From Mycolicibacterium smegmatis (GTDB taxonomy: Bacteria > Actinomycetota > Actinomycetes > Mycobacteriales > Mycobacteriaceae): a stretch of 32,000 nt of DNA. This document shows positions 19,941 to 29,351 of this stretch, piece after piece; the stretch's first letter is position 1; the number at the start of each line of letters is the position of its first letter. Below the pieces are notes generated by a model. That model worked only from the letters and a program-made list of their open reading frames with translations, did no database searches and had not been told where the DNA came from. The position numbers and the translations under genes were made by a program. The stretch is from the NCBI RefSeq assembly GCF_001457595.1, contig NZ_LN831039.1, forward strand, positions 6,660,001-6,692,000, given 5' to 3'.

Positions 19941-21077
19941 ATGGTCACGATCGATGAGTTCTCTCATCTGACGTCGGAGATCTACGCCTCGGCGATCGCA
20001 CCGCAACGATGGTTGACCGCGATCGCCGGGATCAGCCGGACGTTGTGCGCGACGGGCGGCGGCCTCCTCATCGCGGCCGACGGCACGCGTTCGGTGGTGC
20101 AGACCAACGTGCCCGAGGACGCCAAGGCGAGTTACATCGCGTACTACCGGCACATCGACTACGTGCTGAGTGCGGTCGAGTCGGGGCCCGTCGGACTGGT
20201 GCGGACCGGACCGGAGATCATCACGCCCAAGGTGGATTCCGAGTTCGGTGTCGACTGGATGCGCCCGCACCGGATGGACGACGGTTTGTTCGTGCGGCTC
20301 ACCGACGGTGCACTGCCGACGTGTTTCCTGGTGGCCGCGCCCGGCAACACACCCGCAGGCCCCTTCTGCACCGCCGAGCGCATCCGCCTCCTGAGCGCCA
20401 TCGTGCCGCACCTGCAACAGGCGCTGCGTATCCACCGTCACCTCAAGGGCATCGACGCGCCCGTCCCCGACGCCATCCGCGACGGCGCCCCCGACGACAC
20501 CCTCGACACAGAGGCGGCCCTGCGCGCGGTCGACGTGTTCCGGCACGGGATCGTCCTGGTGGACACGTCGCATCGCGTCGTGCACGCCAACAGCAGCGCC
20601 GAGCGGGTTCTGCGTGTACGCGACGGATTGCACACGCGCGGCGGCAGATTGGAAGCTGACAACGCCGCCGTCGATCGCGCACTGCACCGCGGTATCGCCG
20701 GCGCACTGTGTGCCCCAGCAGAATTCGATCCGACATCTGCGCCCCGTGGGACGACCTTGCTCTGCTCACGGCCATCTGGTGAGCGCCCATACGTGATCCA
20801 CGTGCTTCCCACCGCATCGAGCGCGCTGGTGGCGATCATCGATCCGACATCGGAACCGGAGCCCCCCGCGGAACTGCTGCGTCACCTGTACGGGTTGACC
20901 GACGCGGAGGCCCTCGTCGCGCTGCGCATCCTGCGGTGCGAGGGCGTCGCGGCGACGGCCGAGGCGCTCTCGGTGTCGCCCACCACCGTCCGAACACACC
21001 TCCGCCACATCTTCGAGAAGACGGAGACCCACCGACAGGCCGAACTCGTCCGTCTTCTGATTGCCTTGGCGCCCTAG
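19941..21077 (+). CDS. LuxR-family transcriptional regulator
   Basis: C-terminal LTDAEALVALRILRCEGVAATAEALSVSPTTVRTHLRHIFEKTETHRQAELVRLL; ATG at 19941 in frame within the track ORF. Confidence 0.88.
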   Translation: MVTIDEFSHLTSEIYASAIAPQRWLTAIAGISRTLCATGGGLLIAADGTRSVVQTNVPEDAKASYIAYYRHIDYVLSAVESGPVGLVRTGPEIITPKVDSEFGVDWMRPHRMDDGLFVRLTDGALPTCFLVAAPGNTPAGPFCTAERIRLLSAIVPHLQQALRIHRHLKGIDAPVPDAIRDGAPDDTLDTEAALRAVDVFRHGIVLVDTSHRVVHANSSAERVLRVRDGLHTRGGRLEADNAAVDRALHRGIAGALCAPAEFDPTSAPRGTTLLCSRPSGERPYVIHVLPTASSALVAIIDPTSEPEPPAELLRHLYGLTDAEALVALRILRCEGVAATAEALSVSPTTVRTHLRHIFEKTETHRQAELVRLLIALAP

Positions 21078-21086
21078 AGCCGGGCC

Positions 21087-21608
21087 CTAACCGCTCGCCT
21101 TGGCCGCGCTGCCCCCGACCTCGGCGGGCAGTGGCGGCGGCAACGGCGTGGTCGGTGTCGTGGATTTCGGCGCGCTCGCGGCCGGTCCCGGACCTGGCCC
21201 CGAACTCGGGCCGTGGAAGTCGACCATGGTCTCTTCCCGGATCACCTTCTCGCCGGTGCTCACCACCAGCGACTTCGAGGTCACCAGATACTCGACCCCG
21301 GCGTTCTCGGCCAAGAAGGCCCCGTCGTCGGAACGTGTCGCGGGAATGATCAGCTTGGCGCCGTCGCGCAACCGCACACCCCGGTACTCGTAGCCGCCTC
21401 CCGACACCTTGCAGATCGCGATCCGCGACAGGTCGGTGCTGCCGAAGAGCACCGTGTCATCGGCGCTGGCACAGCGGGCCGTGGAGTCCTCATATCCTTG
21501 CGCGTCGGCCGCGGGAGCTGCCGCCGCGGTTGGTGCTGCCAGGCCGAGCACTGTGAGGGCCGCCGCAGCGGCGACGGTGTGACTGAGTGAGAAGGCCTTG
21601 TGGAACAT
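21087..21608 (-). CDS. Secreted hypothetical protein
   Basis: N-terminal Sec signal (HTVAAAAALTVLGLAAPTAAAA), two Cys in the mature part, Pro/Ser/Gly-rich C-terminus. Confidence 0.75.
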   Translation of the reverse strand: MFHKAFSLSHTVAAAAALTVLGLAAPTAAAAPAADAQGYEDSTARCASADDTVLFGSTDLSRIAICKVSGGGYEYRGVRLRDGAKLIIPATRSDDGAFLAENAGVEYLVTSKSLVVSTGEKVIREETMVDFHGPSSGPGPGPAASAPKSTTPTTPLPPPLPAEVGGSAAKASG

Positions 21609-21733
21609 CGATCACCACTCAACCACCGCTTTGCTGCTGACGGTGTCGTCAGCGCCGTGGCGCCACCGAATCGTTAGGTGCCCGAGACCAACCCGTCAGC
21701 TTGCGGGCTGCTGCTGCGCTGCCCGGCAGAGAG

Positions 21734-22777
21734 CTAGACGAGTTCGCGCAGTTGCTCGATGAGACGCACCCGGTCCGCTGCGGTCTCGCCGATCGGCACG
21801 ACGTTGAGGGTCGTGACACCGGCTTCGCGGTAGGCCGCGATGCGTTCTCTGACAAACCCCGCGCTTCCGATGAGGTTGACGTCGCGGACCAAATCGTCCG
21901 GTACGGCCTTGGCGGCGGCGTCTTTATCACCGGCGAGGTACAGCTCCTGGATGCGGTCGGCCTCGGCCCCGTACCCGTAGCTCGTGGCCAGCGAGTGGTA
22001 GAAGTTCTTGCCCTTGGCGCCCATGCCGCCGATGTACAGCGCGAGGTGCGGCTTCACGAACTCGCGCAACGGTTCGACGTTGTCACCGATCGCGAGCACC
22101 GGACCGGCGTACACATCGAGCTCACCCAGGGCCGGATCACGTTTTGCCTTTCCGGCTTTCAGTGCATCACCCCAAACCGTGGCGGCCTTCTCGGGCAGGA
22201 AGAAGATGGGTTGCCAGCCTTCGGCGATCTCGGCGGCCAGCTCGACGTTCTTGGGCCCCAGCGCCGCGAGCAGCACTGGAATACGTTCGCGGACCGGTTG
22301 ATTGATGAGCTTGAGCGCCTTGCCCAGACCCGTCCCCTGATCGGCGGGCAGCGGAACGGTGTAGTGCTTGCCCTCGTACTGCAGGCGCTCACGGCGCCAC
22401 ACCCGGCGGCAGATCTCCACGACCTCGCGCGTCCTGGCGATGGGCGCGTCGTAGCGCACGCCATGGAATCCCTCGATCACCTGCGGCCCCGATGCACCGA
22501 GGCCGAGGATGAAGCGACCGTCGGAGACGTAGTCGAGTCCTGCGGCGGTCATCGCGGTGAGAGTCGGTGTGCGCGTGTAGAGCTGCAGGATGCCCGAGGC
22601 CAGTTGCACGCGGTCGGTACGGGCCGCGAGATAGCCGAGTCCGCTCACGGCGTCGAACGAATACGCCTCGGGTACGAACACGATGTCGAGGCCCGCGCGT
22701 TCGAGGTCGGCGACCTCGGCGGCGATGTCCTTGAAGCCGCCGGCATAGTTGATGGACAGACCGATCTTCATGCTCAC
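21734..22777 (-). CDS. LLM-class F420-dependent oxidoreductase
   Basis: MKIGLSINYAGGF, DIVFVPEAYSFDAVSGLGYLAARTDRVQLASGILQLYTRTPTLTAMTAAGLDYVSDGRFILGLGASGPQVIEGFHG. Confidence 0.93.
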   Translation of the reverse strand: MSMKIGLSINYAGGFKDIAAEVADLERAGLDIVFVPEAYSFDAVSGLGYLAARTDRVQLASGILQLYTRTPTLTAMTAAGLDYVSDGRFILGLGASGPQVIEGFHGVRYDAPIARTREVVEICRRVWRRERLQYEGKHYTVPLPADQGTGLGKALKLINQPVRERIPVLLAALGPKNVELAAEIAEGWQPIFFLPEKAATVWGDALKAGKAKRDPALGELDVYAGPVLAIGDNVEPLREFVKPHLALYIGGMGAKGKNFYHSLATSYGYGAEADRIQELYLAGDKDAAAKAVPDDLVRDVNLIGSAGFVRERIAAYREAGVTTLNVVPIGETAADRVRLIEQLRELV

Positions 22778-23169
22778 GCTTCCCCGAGTGCTTCCCGCTG
22801 GATGCGGTCGAACTGCGCGCCCATCGCCTCGGCGAGTGCCTGGGCGCCGGACAGCGGGCGCACCATGACCATGAGGTCGTCGATGAGCCCGTCGTCGTCG
22901 GTGTGGATGAAGTCGCAGCCGTTGACGGTCTTGCCATCGACCTTGGCCTCGAAGATCAGGGCGTGGTCGCGGCCGTTCGGGTCGCCGATCTCGCGCACGT
23001 ACCGGAAATCGGTGAAGACGCGAAGCACGCCGCGCAGGATGGCCGCGGTGATGGCCTTGCCCGGATAGGGCTTGTACGCGACGGGGCTGGTGAACACCAC
23101 GTCATCGGCCAGCAGTGCGGTCATCGCGTCGGTGTCTCGTGCCTCGACGGCCTGACGGAACGGGTGCAT
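22774..23169 (-). CDS. SnoaL-like/NTF2-fold protein
   Basis: FRQAVEARDTDAMTALLADDVVFTSPVAYKPYPGKAITAAILRGVL; 4-bp overlap with the LLM gene; ATG at 23169 preferred over the upstream GTG at 23190. Confidence 0.82.
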   Translation of the reverse strand: MHPFRQAVEARDTDAMTALLADDVVFTSPVAYKPYPGKAITAAILRGVLRVFTDFRYVREIGDPNGRDHALIFEAKVDGKTVNGCDFIHTDDDGLIDDLMVMVRPLSGAQALAEAMGAQFDRIQREALGEA

Positions 23170-23180
23170 CCCGACCCCCT

Positions 23181-23268
23181 GAGTAGTCACTTTGTTGAGT
23201 AGGTGAGCCTGACGCTAGGCAGCTGACCTGCATATGTCTATGTGGTACTAATCACTTTGTTGACTATC
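23181..23268. promoter_or_regulatory. Two copies of an imperfect palindrome (consensus TARTCA-CTTTGT-TGASTA) in the divergent promoter region
   Basis: TAGTCACTTTGTTGAGTA and TAATCACTTTGTTGACTA share TCACTTTGTTGA at 23187-23198 and 23252-23263; half-sites match TAGTCA/TGACTA in 5 of 6 positions each. Confidence 0.6.
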
Positions 23269-23305
23269 AACGTCTCTACCCATCTGTGCACCCGGCCCGT
23301 ATGGT

Positions 23306-23908
23306 GTGGCCGTGGCGCTACGCGACGCGGTGCTGGCCGCACTTCTCGAAGGCGAGTCCTCGGGCTATGACCTGGCGAAGAGTTTCGACGCGTCGGTGGC
23401 CAATTTCTGGACCGCCACCCCACAGCAGCTGTACCGCGAACTCGAGCGCCTCGCGGCCGACGGTCTGATCGAAGCGCGTGTCGTGGAGCAGGAGCGCAGG
23501 CCCAACAAGCGCATGTTCTCACTCACCGACGCCGGGCGCGCAGCGCTGCGCGAGTTCACCGCCAAGGCGCCCAAACCCTCGACGATCCGCGACGAACTGC
23601 TCATCAAGGTCAATGCGGTCGACGCCGGTGACGCGGCTGCCGTGCGCGACGCGGTGACCGAGCAACTGCGCTGGGCTACCGAGAAACTCGCCCGGTACGA
23701 GCGCATGCGCATCCGCATGCTGGCAGGGCGCAGCGAGGACGAGTTCGTGGCGGGCACCGATCGCATCGGCCCCTATCTCACGCTGCTGCGCGGGATCTCG
23801 TTCGAACAGGAGAACGTGCGGTGGGCCGAGCACGCGCTGGATCTGCTGCGGCGGCGCATGGATCCGGGACGTCAGGGCCGCATGCTGCGCAGCGTGCGAC
23901 GCACGTAG
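23306..23908 (+). CDS. PadR-family transcriptional regulator
   Basis: ALRDAVLAALLEGESSGYDLAKSFDASVANFWTATPQQLYRELERLAADGLIEARVVEQERRPNKRMFSLTDAGRAAL. Confidence 0.94.
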   Translation: MAVALRDAVLAALLEGESSGYDLAKSFDASVANFWTATPQQLYRELERLAADGLIEARVVEQERRPNKRMFSLTDAGRAALREFTAKAPKPSTIRDELLIKVNAVDAGDAAAVRDAVTEQLRWATEKLARYERMRIRMLAGRSEDEFVAGTDRIGPYLTLLRGISFEQENVRWAEHALDLLRRRMDPGRQGRMLRSVRRT

Positions 23909-24471
23909 TCGTCGAGCACTTCGTCGCGTGTGGGCCAGTCGTTCGTGGTGACCAGAAGCGCGTAGAACCCCAGCAGGAAGAACACCGCACTGTTCACCGG
24001 GTTGACGTCGGCCGCGACGTCGCCACGCTGCCGGGCCGCTTCGATCTCCTCGGTCACCCTGGCGATCACCGGATGCTCCATGCCTTCGTCGACGCGTGGA
24101 CGGGTCTGCGAGAAGTGCAGCGCCAGAAAGTCTTTGAACAGCAAGTCGCCGAGGCGGCGCTCCAGGCCGATCACCAGGCGCACGATTTCGCGAAGCGCGG
24201 CCTCCAGATCGTGCGGCTTCTTGACGAACTGGGCGAACTGCTTGGCGATGCGCTCTTCCTCACGCTGCTCGAGTTCCAGCAGCACGTGCTCCTTGGTGGG
24301 GAAATGGAAGAAGAACGTGCCGTGCGCGACTCCGGCCGCGGCCACGATCGTGCCGACGTCGGCGTCGGCCATGCCCGCGCGTTTGAACTCGGCGATCGCC
24401 GCGCCCATCAGACGTTCACGGGTCTGCAGGCGCTTGGCCTCGCGCGCCGTCAGCCCGTCTGCCCCTGCCAT
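23872..24471 (-). CDS. TetR-family transcriptional regulator
   Basis: RERLMGAAIAEFKRAGMADADVGTIVAAAGVAHGTFFFHFPTKEHVLLELE HTH. Confidence 0.93.
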   Translation of the reverse strand: MAGADGLTAREAKRLQTRERLMGAAIAEFKRAGMADADVGTIVAAAGVAHGTFFFHFPTKEHVLLELEQREEERIAKQFAQFVKKPHDLEAALREIVRLVIGLERRLGDLLFKDFLALHFSQTRPRVDEGMEHPVIARVTEEIEAARQRGDVAADVNPVNSAVFFLLGFYALLVTTNDWPTRDEVLDDYVRRTLRSMRP

Positions 24472-24522
24472 GCCCGTCCTTCACGCCGAGATCCGTCCGA
24501 CGTGGACCCTATCCGAACTCCC

Positions 24523-25197
24523 TCACGCCGCGGCATCACGCAGGATCTGCTGCAGGCGCTCCAACGGGTCCCCCGTCCCGGGGTTGAGGCGATCACCGGT
24601 GTCGGTGTCCGGCGGTGTGCCACCCGCGCCGGCAGGAGGCGGCACGGGCGCCGCCGCGGGCGGCGGGGGTGGTGGGGGCGGCGGCGCCGCGGTCCGCATC
24701 GCGGTGAGCTTGTCGTCCAACCGGGCCTGCGCCTGCTCCCGGATGTCCCGGCGCTGCGGATCGGGGTCGTCGTTGCCGGTGAAGCAGCCCTGCGGGGCGC
24801 GCGCCACCACGTCGCGTGCGGCTTCGTAGTGGGCGATCGCGGCCGGGGTGGCGAACCGGGAGGCGGCCCGGTCACCGAGCGTCTCGCGGACGAGTGCGAG
24901 GTCCACGCGCACCGGGCACGTGTCGGCGATTCCCAGCGCCTGGGCGTACTGCTGTTCTGCATCGGTGAGCCGGTCCTCCAGCACGGCGCGGGCTCCCTCG
25001 GCGATGTGGGCCTTGGCGGGTTCGACGACGTTGAACACACGCAGCACCGAGACTCCACCGGCCATCGCGCCGGCGTCGCGCTCGGCGTAGTCCGATGTCA
25101 CCGAGCGGCCTGCCACCACGACCGACAACAGCTTGACGATGATCAGCACCGTCACCACCGCGACCGGAGCCGAGTACACCAGCAGACGCCGCCTCAT
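24523..25197 (-). CDS. Hypothetical membrane-anchored protein, last gene of MoxR/VWA cluster
   Basis: N-terminal TM (RRLLVYSAPVAVVTVLIIVKLLSVVVAG), helical domain, Pro-rich tail; 4-bp overlap with the upstream VWA gene. Confidence 0.7.
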   Translation of the reverse strand: MRRRLLVYSAPVAVVTVLIIVKLLSVVVAGRSVTSDYAERDAGAMAGGVSVLRVFNVVEPAKAHIAEGARAVLEDRLTDAEQQYAQALGIADTCPVRVDLALVRETLGDRAASRFATPAAIAHYEAARDVVARAPQGCFTGNDDPDPQRRDIREQAQARLDDKLTAMRTAAPPPPPPPPPAAAPVPPPAGAGGTPPDTDTGDRLNPGTGDPLERLQQILRDAAA

Positions 25198-26054
25198 GCC
25201 GGCACCACCGTCTCGGTGTTGCGCCGCAGTTCGCGCAGCACCAGGTACAGTTCGGCGAGCACCAGGATCGCGGCGATACCGGCCGGGAGCCAGTAGATCT
25301 CGACCCGTGACGCCCCGGCCGCCGGCGTGCCCGCCGCCGAATCGGCGGCATCCGCAGGCACATCCGAGAGGTCGTCGGCGTACGGGACCCCGATCTGATC
25401 GGCGACCGCGCGCAACCGCTGTGCGCCCGCACCGCCGAAGCCGAGCACCGCACCTCCGTCGACGGCACCCTCGGGCAGGTCGAACTCGCGTTGCGGCGCT
25501 TGCGATCCGGGCGCCCCCGCACCCAGGTAGTACACGAGGTTAGCCGCGCGAGGGAACTGCTGTTGTGCGCTGATGAGCTGATAGCGCAGCACGTTGCCTG
25601 CCGCGCCGACGTTGGCCTGCTCGGCATCGGCCCCGGTGTCGGTCCCGAGTGCGGCGACGACCGGGCGCAGGCTCCACGTGTCGGCCGAAAGCGGCCAGGT
25701 GACCGTGGGCCGCGAGGTGAACGTGATGACCGCGAACCGTGCGTCGGGATGGCGGTCGATCAACTGCGTGATGTCGTCGCGTGCGGCGGCCATGTGACGG
25801 GCCATGGCGGGTGAACGGTCGACGAGGACGAACACGTTGGGCTCGCGGTCACCGGCCGCACGGACGGACTCCTGGCCGTCGTCGCCGAACGTCGGGCGCA
25901 GCGCCGCGACGAGCAGCAGGAACGCGGCCGTAGTGAGACCGGCCCACCGCCACCGGGTGACCCCGCCGGTTCGCCACGTCGTGATCCGCGCGGCGAGCAC
26001 CGCGGCGGCGAGCACGGCGAGCACGAGAGGGGGCAGGACGGGGTGCAGGCTCAT
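25194..26054 (-). CDS. VWA-domain-like membrane protein (BatA/B-like)
   Basis: FVLVDRSPAMARHMAAARDDITQLIDRHPDARFAVITFTSRP; TMs at both ends. ATG at 26054 chosen in place of the over-extended track ORF. Confidence 0.75.
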   Translation of the reverse strand: MSLHPVLPPLVLAVLAAAVLAARITTWRTGGVTRWRWAGLTTAAFLLLVAALRPTFGDDGQESVRAAGDREPNVFVLVDRSPAMARHMAAARDDITQLIDRHPDARFAVITFTSRPTVTWPLSADTWSLRPVVAALGTDTGADAEQANVGAAGNVLRYQLISAQQQFPRAANLVYYLGAGAPGSQAPQREFDLPEGAVDGGAVLGFGGAGAQRLRAVADQIGVPYADDLSDVPADAADSAAGTPAAGASRVEIYWLPAGIAAILVLAELYLVLRELRRNTETVVPA

Positions 26055-27001
26055 GTGCGCCTCCTGCACAGCGGCAGAACCGACAGGGCCAGCACCGCGC
26101 ACAGCGCCACCAGCAGCGGGATGTCGGGGGTCTCGGCCGAGCGCACCTGTGCCTCGCCCTCGACGCGCGCTTCGGGCGGGTGCTGCCGGATCTCGGTGAG
26201 CGCCGAGGCCACGTTGGCATCGGCGCGGTAGGACCGGCCGCCCGTGCCCGCGGCGAGGCGGTCGAGTGCCCCCTCGGTGTCGGTGATGACGTTGACCTGC
26301 ACGCCCGCGGTCTGGGCCATCTCCCGGACCCGGTCGGCGGTGAACAACTGACCGGCACCGGTGGTGGGCTGCGGGCCGACGTAGACCAGTGATCGCCGCT
26401 GCGGCGCGGCCTCGTCGAACGCGGGAAAACCCGTCAGACACAACGCCATGAGGTCCTCGACATTGCGGGCGTAGTCGGTGTAGGACACCGGCGACACGAA
26501 CGGAGCACCGTCGGCCTGCCCGGTGGCGTAACCACCGAATTGCGCGGCCGCGTACTGATAGTCGCGTGTGAGTGGTACGACGCGGCGGTTGCCCGAGGTC
26601 AGTCCGATTCGTTCGGTGCCGAATGCCGGTATGCGGCCGGCGAACCAGCGCAGCGTCGTGGTGACGGCGGGATCGTCCAGCGGCGCGCCGATGCACACAA
26701 TGACATCCTCGGGTTGCGCGGCCGGGGCGCTCTGCGTCGCCGACGGCAGGCCCGTCGGCCGCGCCGCGGCAGCGACCGCCGCGACGAAGGCCACGACCAG
26801 CAAGGCTGCCGTCGCACATGCGCTCAGCACGCGCATCCGCACCGCGCGAACGTATTCCGGCAGCCCGGTCAGGCGCGCGGTGTTGGCCAACGGGCGCAGA
26901 TCGCCGAGTGTTTCGTCCCGTCGCCACAGCAACGCCGCCATGACGCACGCCGCCAGTGCGACACAGCCGACGATCGCGACGATCCACCAGGTCAGGTCCA
27001 T
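26051..27001 (-). CDS. VWA-like membrane protein (degenerate VWA fold)
   Basis: N- and C-terminal TMs, RVREMAQTAGVQVNVITDTEGALDRLAAGTGGRSYRAD typical of the C-terminal portion of VWA domains in MoxR clusters. Confidence 0.7.
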   Translation of the reverse strand: MDLTWWIVAIVGCVALAACVMAALLWRRDETLGDLRPLANTARLTGLPEYVRAVRMRVLSACATAALLVVAFVAAVAAAARPTGLPSATQSAPAAQPEDVIVCIGAPLDDPAVTTTLRWFAGRIPAFGTERIGLTSGNRRVVPLTRDYQYAAAQFGGYATGQADGAPFVSPVSYTDYARNVEDLMALCLTGFPAFDEAAPQRRSLVYVGPQPTTGAGQLFTADRVREMAQTAGVQVNVITDTEGALDRLAAGTGGRSYRADANVASALTEIRQHPPEARVEGEAQVRSAETPDIPLLVALCAVLALSVLPLCRRRT

Positions 27002-27456
27002 GTGCGGATCAGCTCCTCGGCCGCACGGCCCGCGTCCGCGGCATCGACCATGGTGCGCCGGTTGAACTGGAGATCTGTCAGATCCGACAGCAGTGGCGCG
27101 GCGGACGCCAGTTCACCGTCGGCGATGTCGTCGACCTGCATGTACTGCGCTCGCACACCGGTCACTGCGTGCAGGAAGTCGCGCACCTGGCGGCTCAGTT
27201 CGGCGGCGGCCTGCGTGGCCGTGAGTTCACCGCCACGCAGCCGTGTTGTAATGGCGCGCACGGCCCGCGCGTACCGGCGTTTGGCGATCTCGGTGCGGAC
27301 CGCGGTCAGCATCGGCACCTGACGGCCGGGACTGGTGAACGCGAAAACAGCCGTGTACCAACCGATGAGGGCCACGGTGAGTGCGATGGCGACCCACAGC
27401 CACACCGCCGAATAGGGTGTGGGGCCGATCAGGTGTCCCAGCAGGTCATCCGGCAC
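26992..27456 (-). CDS. Hypothetical membrane protein in MoxR/VWA cluster (DUF4381-like position)
   Basis: 154 aa, one TM near the N-terminus (VWLWVAIALTVALIGWYTAVFAF), overlaps both neighbours in the same operon. Confidence 0.65.
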   Translation of the reverse strand: MPDDLLGHLIGPTPYSAVWLWVAIALTVALIGWYTAVFAFTSPGRQVPMLTAVRTEIAKRRYARAVRAITTRLRGGELTATQAAAELSRQVRDFLHAVTGVRAQYMQVDDIADGELASAAPLLSDLTDLQFNRRTMVDAADAGRAAEELIRTWT

Positions 27457-28306
27457 GCGCGTACACCCCGGTCATCGCGGTGAGAGCCGTCCGGATGCGC
27501 GCACTCCCGGTGACCCTGGTGTGCGGTATACGATGCCCGGTCAAGAACTCCGAAAGCCTTTGCCGCCGTTGTTCCTCCGCACGCCGGTACGCCTGCAGCA
27601 CGTCGGCCCCCAGATCGTCGGCGATGAGCCGTCCGTCGGACACCTCGTAGCCCCGCTGCTCCCCGGTGCCCAGCGCGGGCATGTCGGCGATCATGGGCCA
27701 CAGCACATCGTGGCGGGCGGTCAGGGGACGCAGCACCGCGTCCAGGCGGTCGGTGATCTCGGGTTCGTCGGACACCACGAACACCAGCAGTCGGTGGCGG
27801 TGATGGCGCGCAACCCATTCGAGCTGTGTCGCGACGTCACTCGGTCCGGGTTCGGTGGTCGTGTGGTGGTGGAACCGGTGCAGCATGCTCTCGATGTGGG
27901 TCTCGCCGCGGCGCAACCTGATGTCCACGCACCCACGACGGTCTCCCGCCACCATGCCGATCTCGTCGGAACGGGGCAGTGTGATGAGGCCGATCGCACC
28001 GATGAGGTTCAGTGCCACATCCCTTTTCAGCTCTGTCGACGGTGCCATGGCGGACATGTTGCGGCCGCCGTCGGCCACCACCAGGATCTTGTGGTGCTTC
28101 TCCGAGACGAAGCGTTTGATCAGGGTGTGCCCCGACCGCGCCGTGGCCTTCCAGTCGATGTCGCGGACGTCGTCGCCCCGGACGTAGGGCCTCAGTTCGT
28201 CGAATTCGAGGCTGCGCGTGTGCACCAGCGAGTAGCGGCCGCCTTCCAGCAGACCACCCGCGTCACGGCCGAAGTGCGCCTTTGCGGCGTCGAGATGCCT
28301 ACCCAC
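27446..28306 (-). CDS. DUF58-family protein
   Basis: HTRSLEFDELRPYVRGDDVRDIDWKATARSGHTLIKRFVSEKHHKILVVADGGRNM is diagnostic for DUF58. Confidence 0.92.
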   Translation of the reverse strand: MGRHLDAAKAHFGRDAGGLLEGGRYSLVHTRSLEFDELRPYVRGDDVRDIDWKATARSGHTLIKRFVSEKHHKILVVADGGRNMSAMAPSTELKRDVALNLIGAIGLITLPRSDEIGMVAGDRRGCVDIRLRRGETHIESMLHRFHHHTTTEPGPSDVATQLEWVARHHRHRLLVFVVSDEPEITDRLDAVLRPLTARHDVLWPMIADMPALGTGEQRGYEVSDGRLIADDLGADVLQAYRRAEEQRRQRLSEFLTGHRIPHTRVTGSARIRTALTAMTGVYARAG

Positions 28307-28316
28307 GACAGCCCTT

Positions 28317-29351
28317 TCACGGCACTCGGACCGCGGCGAGCACCGCGTCGATCACCACGTCGGGGGTGATGCGGGCGCTGGCGGCCTCGAAGCCCAGGAT
28401 CAGGCGGTGCCGCAGCACCCGGTGGGCGAGCCTGGCGATGTCGTCGGGAACCACGTGGTCGCGGCCACGCAGCAGCGCAAGAGCCCGCGCGGTGCGGCAC
28501 AACGCGATGGTCGCGCGTGGACTCGCGCCGTACTCGACGAGACGCGCGAGGTTGGTGGGCAGAAAACTGTCGGGTTCGCGGGTCACGCCGACGAGCCTGC
28601 CGGCGTACTCGACCAGCGCGCGGTCCAGATGCACGGACTCGGCGATGCGCTGCACGCGGCGGACGTCGTCGATGCCGACGACGGGCGTACCGTGCCTGCC
28701 GCGTTCGTACAGACCGGCGTCCATGCGGGCGATCATCTCGACCTCGTCGGCCACCGACGGGTACCGCACGATCTCCTTGAGCATGAACCGGTCGGTCTGT
28801 GCTTCCGACAGCGGGTACGTGCCCTCCTGGTCCACAGGGTTCTGCGTCGCGATGACCAGGAACGGTTCCGGGATGGGGTATTCGACGCCCGCGATGGTGG
28901 TCTGGCGTTCCTCCATCGCTTCGAGCATGGCGCTCTGGGTTTTCGCGCTCGACCGGTTGATCTCGTCGAGCAGCACGATGTTGGCGTGCACGGGACCCAG
29001 TTGGGTGGTGAACGAATGCGTCGCGGCCTCGTACACCTGGGTGCCGATGATGTCGCTGGGCAGCAGGTCCGGTGTGCACTGGATGCGGTGGAAGCTGCCG
29101 TCGATCGACTCGGCGATCACACGTGCCGCGGTGGTCTTCGCCAGGCCGGGGACACTCTCCAGCAGCAGGTGTCCGCCGCTGAGCAGCGCCACGAGCATCG
29201 ACTCACGCAGATGGTCCTGGCCGACCACCTTGGCCGAGAACGCCGACGTCACCGCACCCACGATCTGCTGGGCTTCGGCGACGTCGCGCTGGTCGAGCTG
29301 TAATCGTGGTGCCGTCACCCGCGGTATGTACCCAGGGCCCGCCCATCTCAT
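28317..29351 (-). CDS. MoxR-family AAA+ ATPase
   Basis: VVGQDHLRESMLVALLSGGHLLLESVPGLAKTTAARVIAESIDGSFHRIQCTPDLLPSDIIG...ANIVLLDEINRSSAKTQSAMLEAMEERQTTIAG. Confidence 0.94.
   Translation of the reverse strand: MRWAGPGYIPRVTAPRLQLDQRDVAEAQQIVGAVTSAFSAKVVGQDHLRESMLVALLSGGHLLLESVPGLAKTTAARVIAESIDGSFHRIQCTPDLLPSDIIGTQVYEAATHSFTTQLGPVHANIVLLDEINRSSAKTQSAMLEAMEERQTTIAGVEYPIPEPFLVIATQNPVDQEGTYPLSEAQTDRFMLKEIVRYPSVADEVEMIARMDAGLYERGRHGTPVVGIDDVRRVQRIAESVHLDRALVEYAGRLVGVTREPDSFLPTNLARLVEYGASPRATIALCRTARALALLRGRDHVVPDDIARLAHRVLRHRLILGFEAASARITPDVVIDAVLAAVRVP

Noticed and set aside
18468-20687. 739-aa minus-strand ORF
   Set aside because: Antisense to the alpha/beta hydrolase, RibH2-like and LuxR genes; no family motifs; high-GC shadow ORF.
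23821-25296. 491-aa plus-strand ORF
   Set aside because: Antisense to TetR and membrane-protein genes; no recognisable domain.
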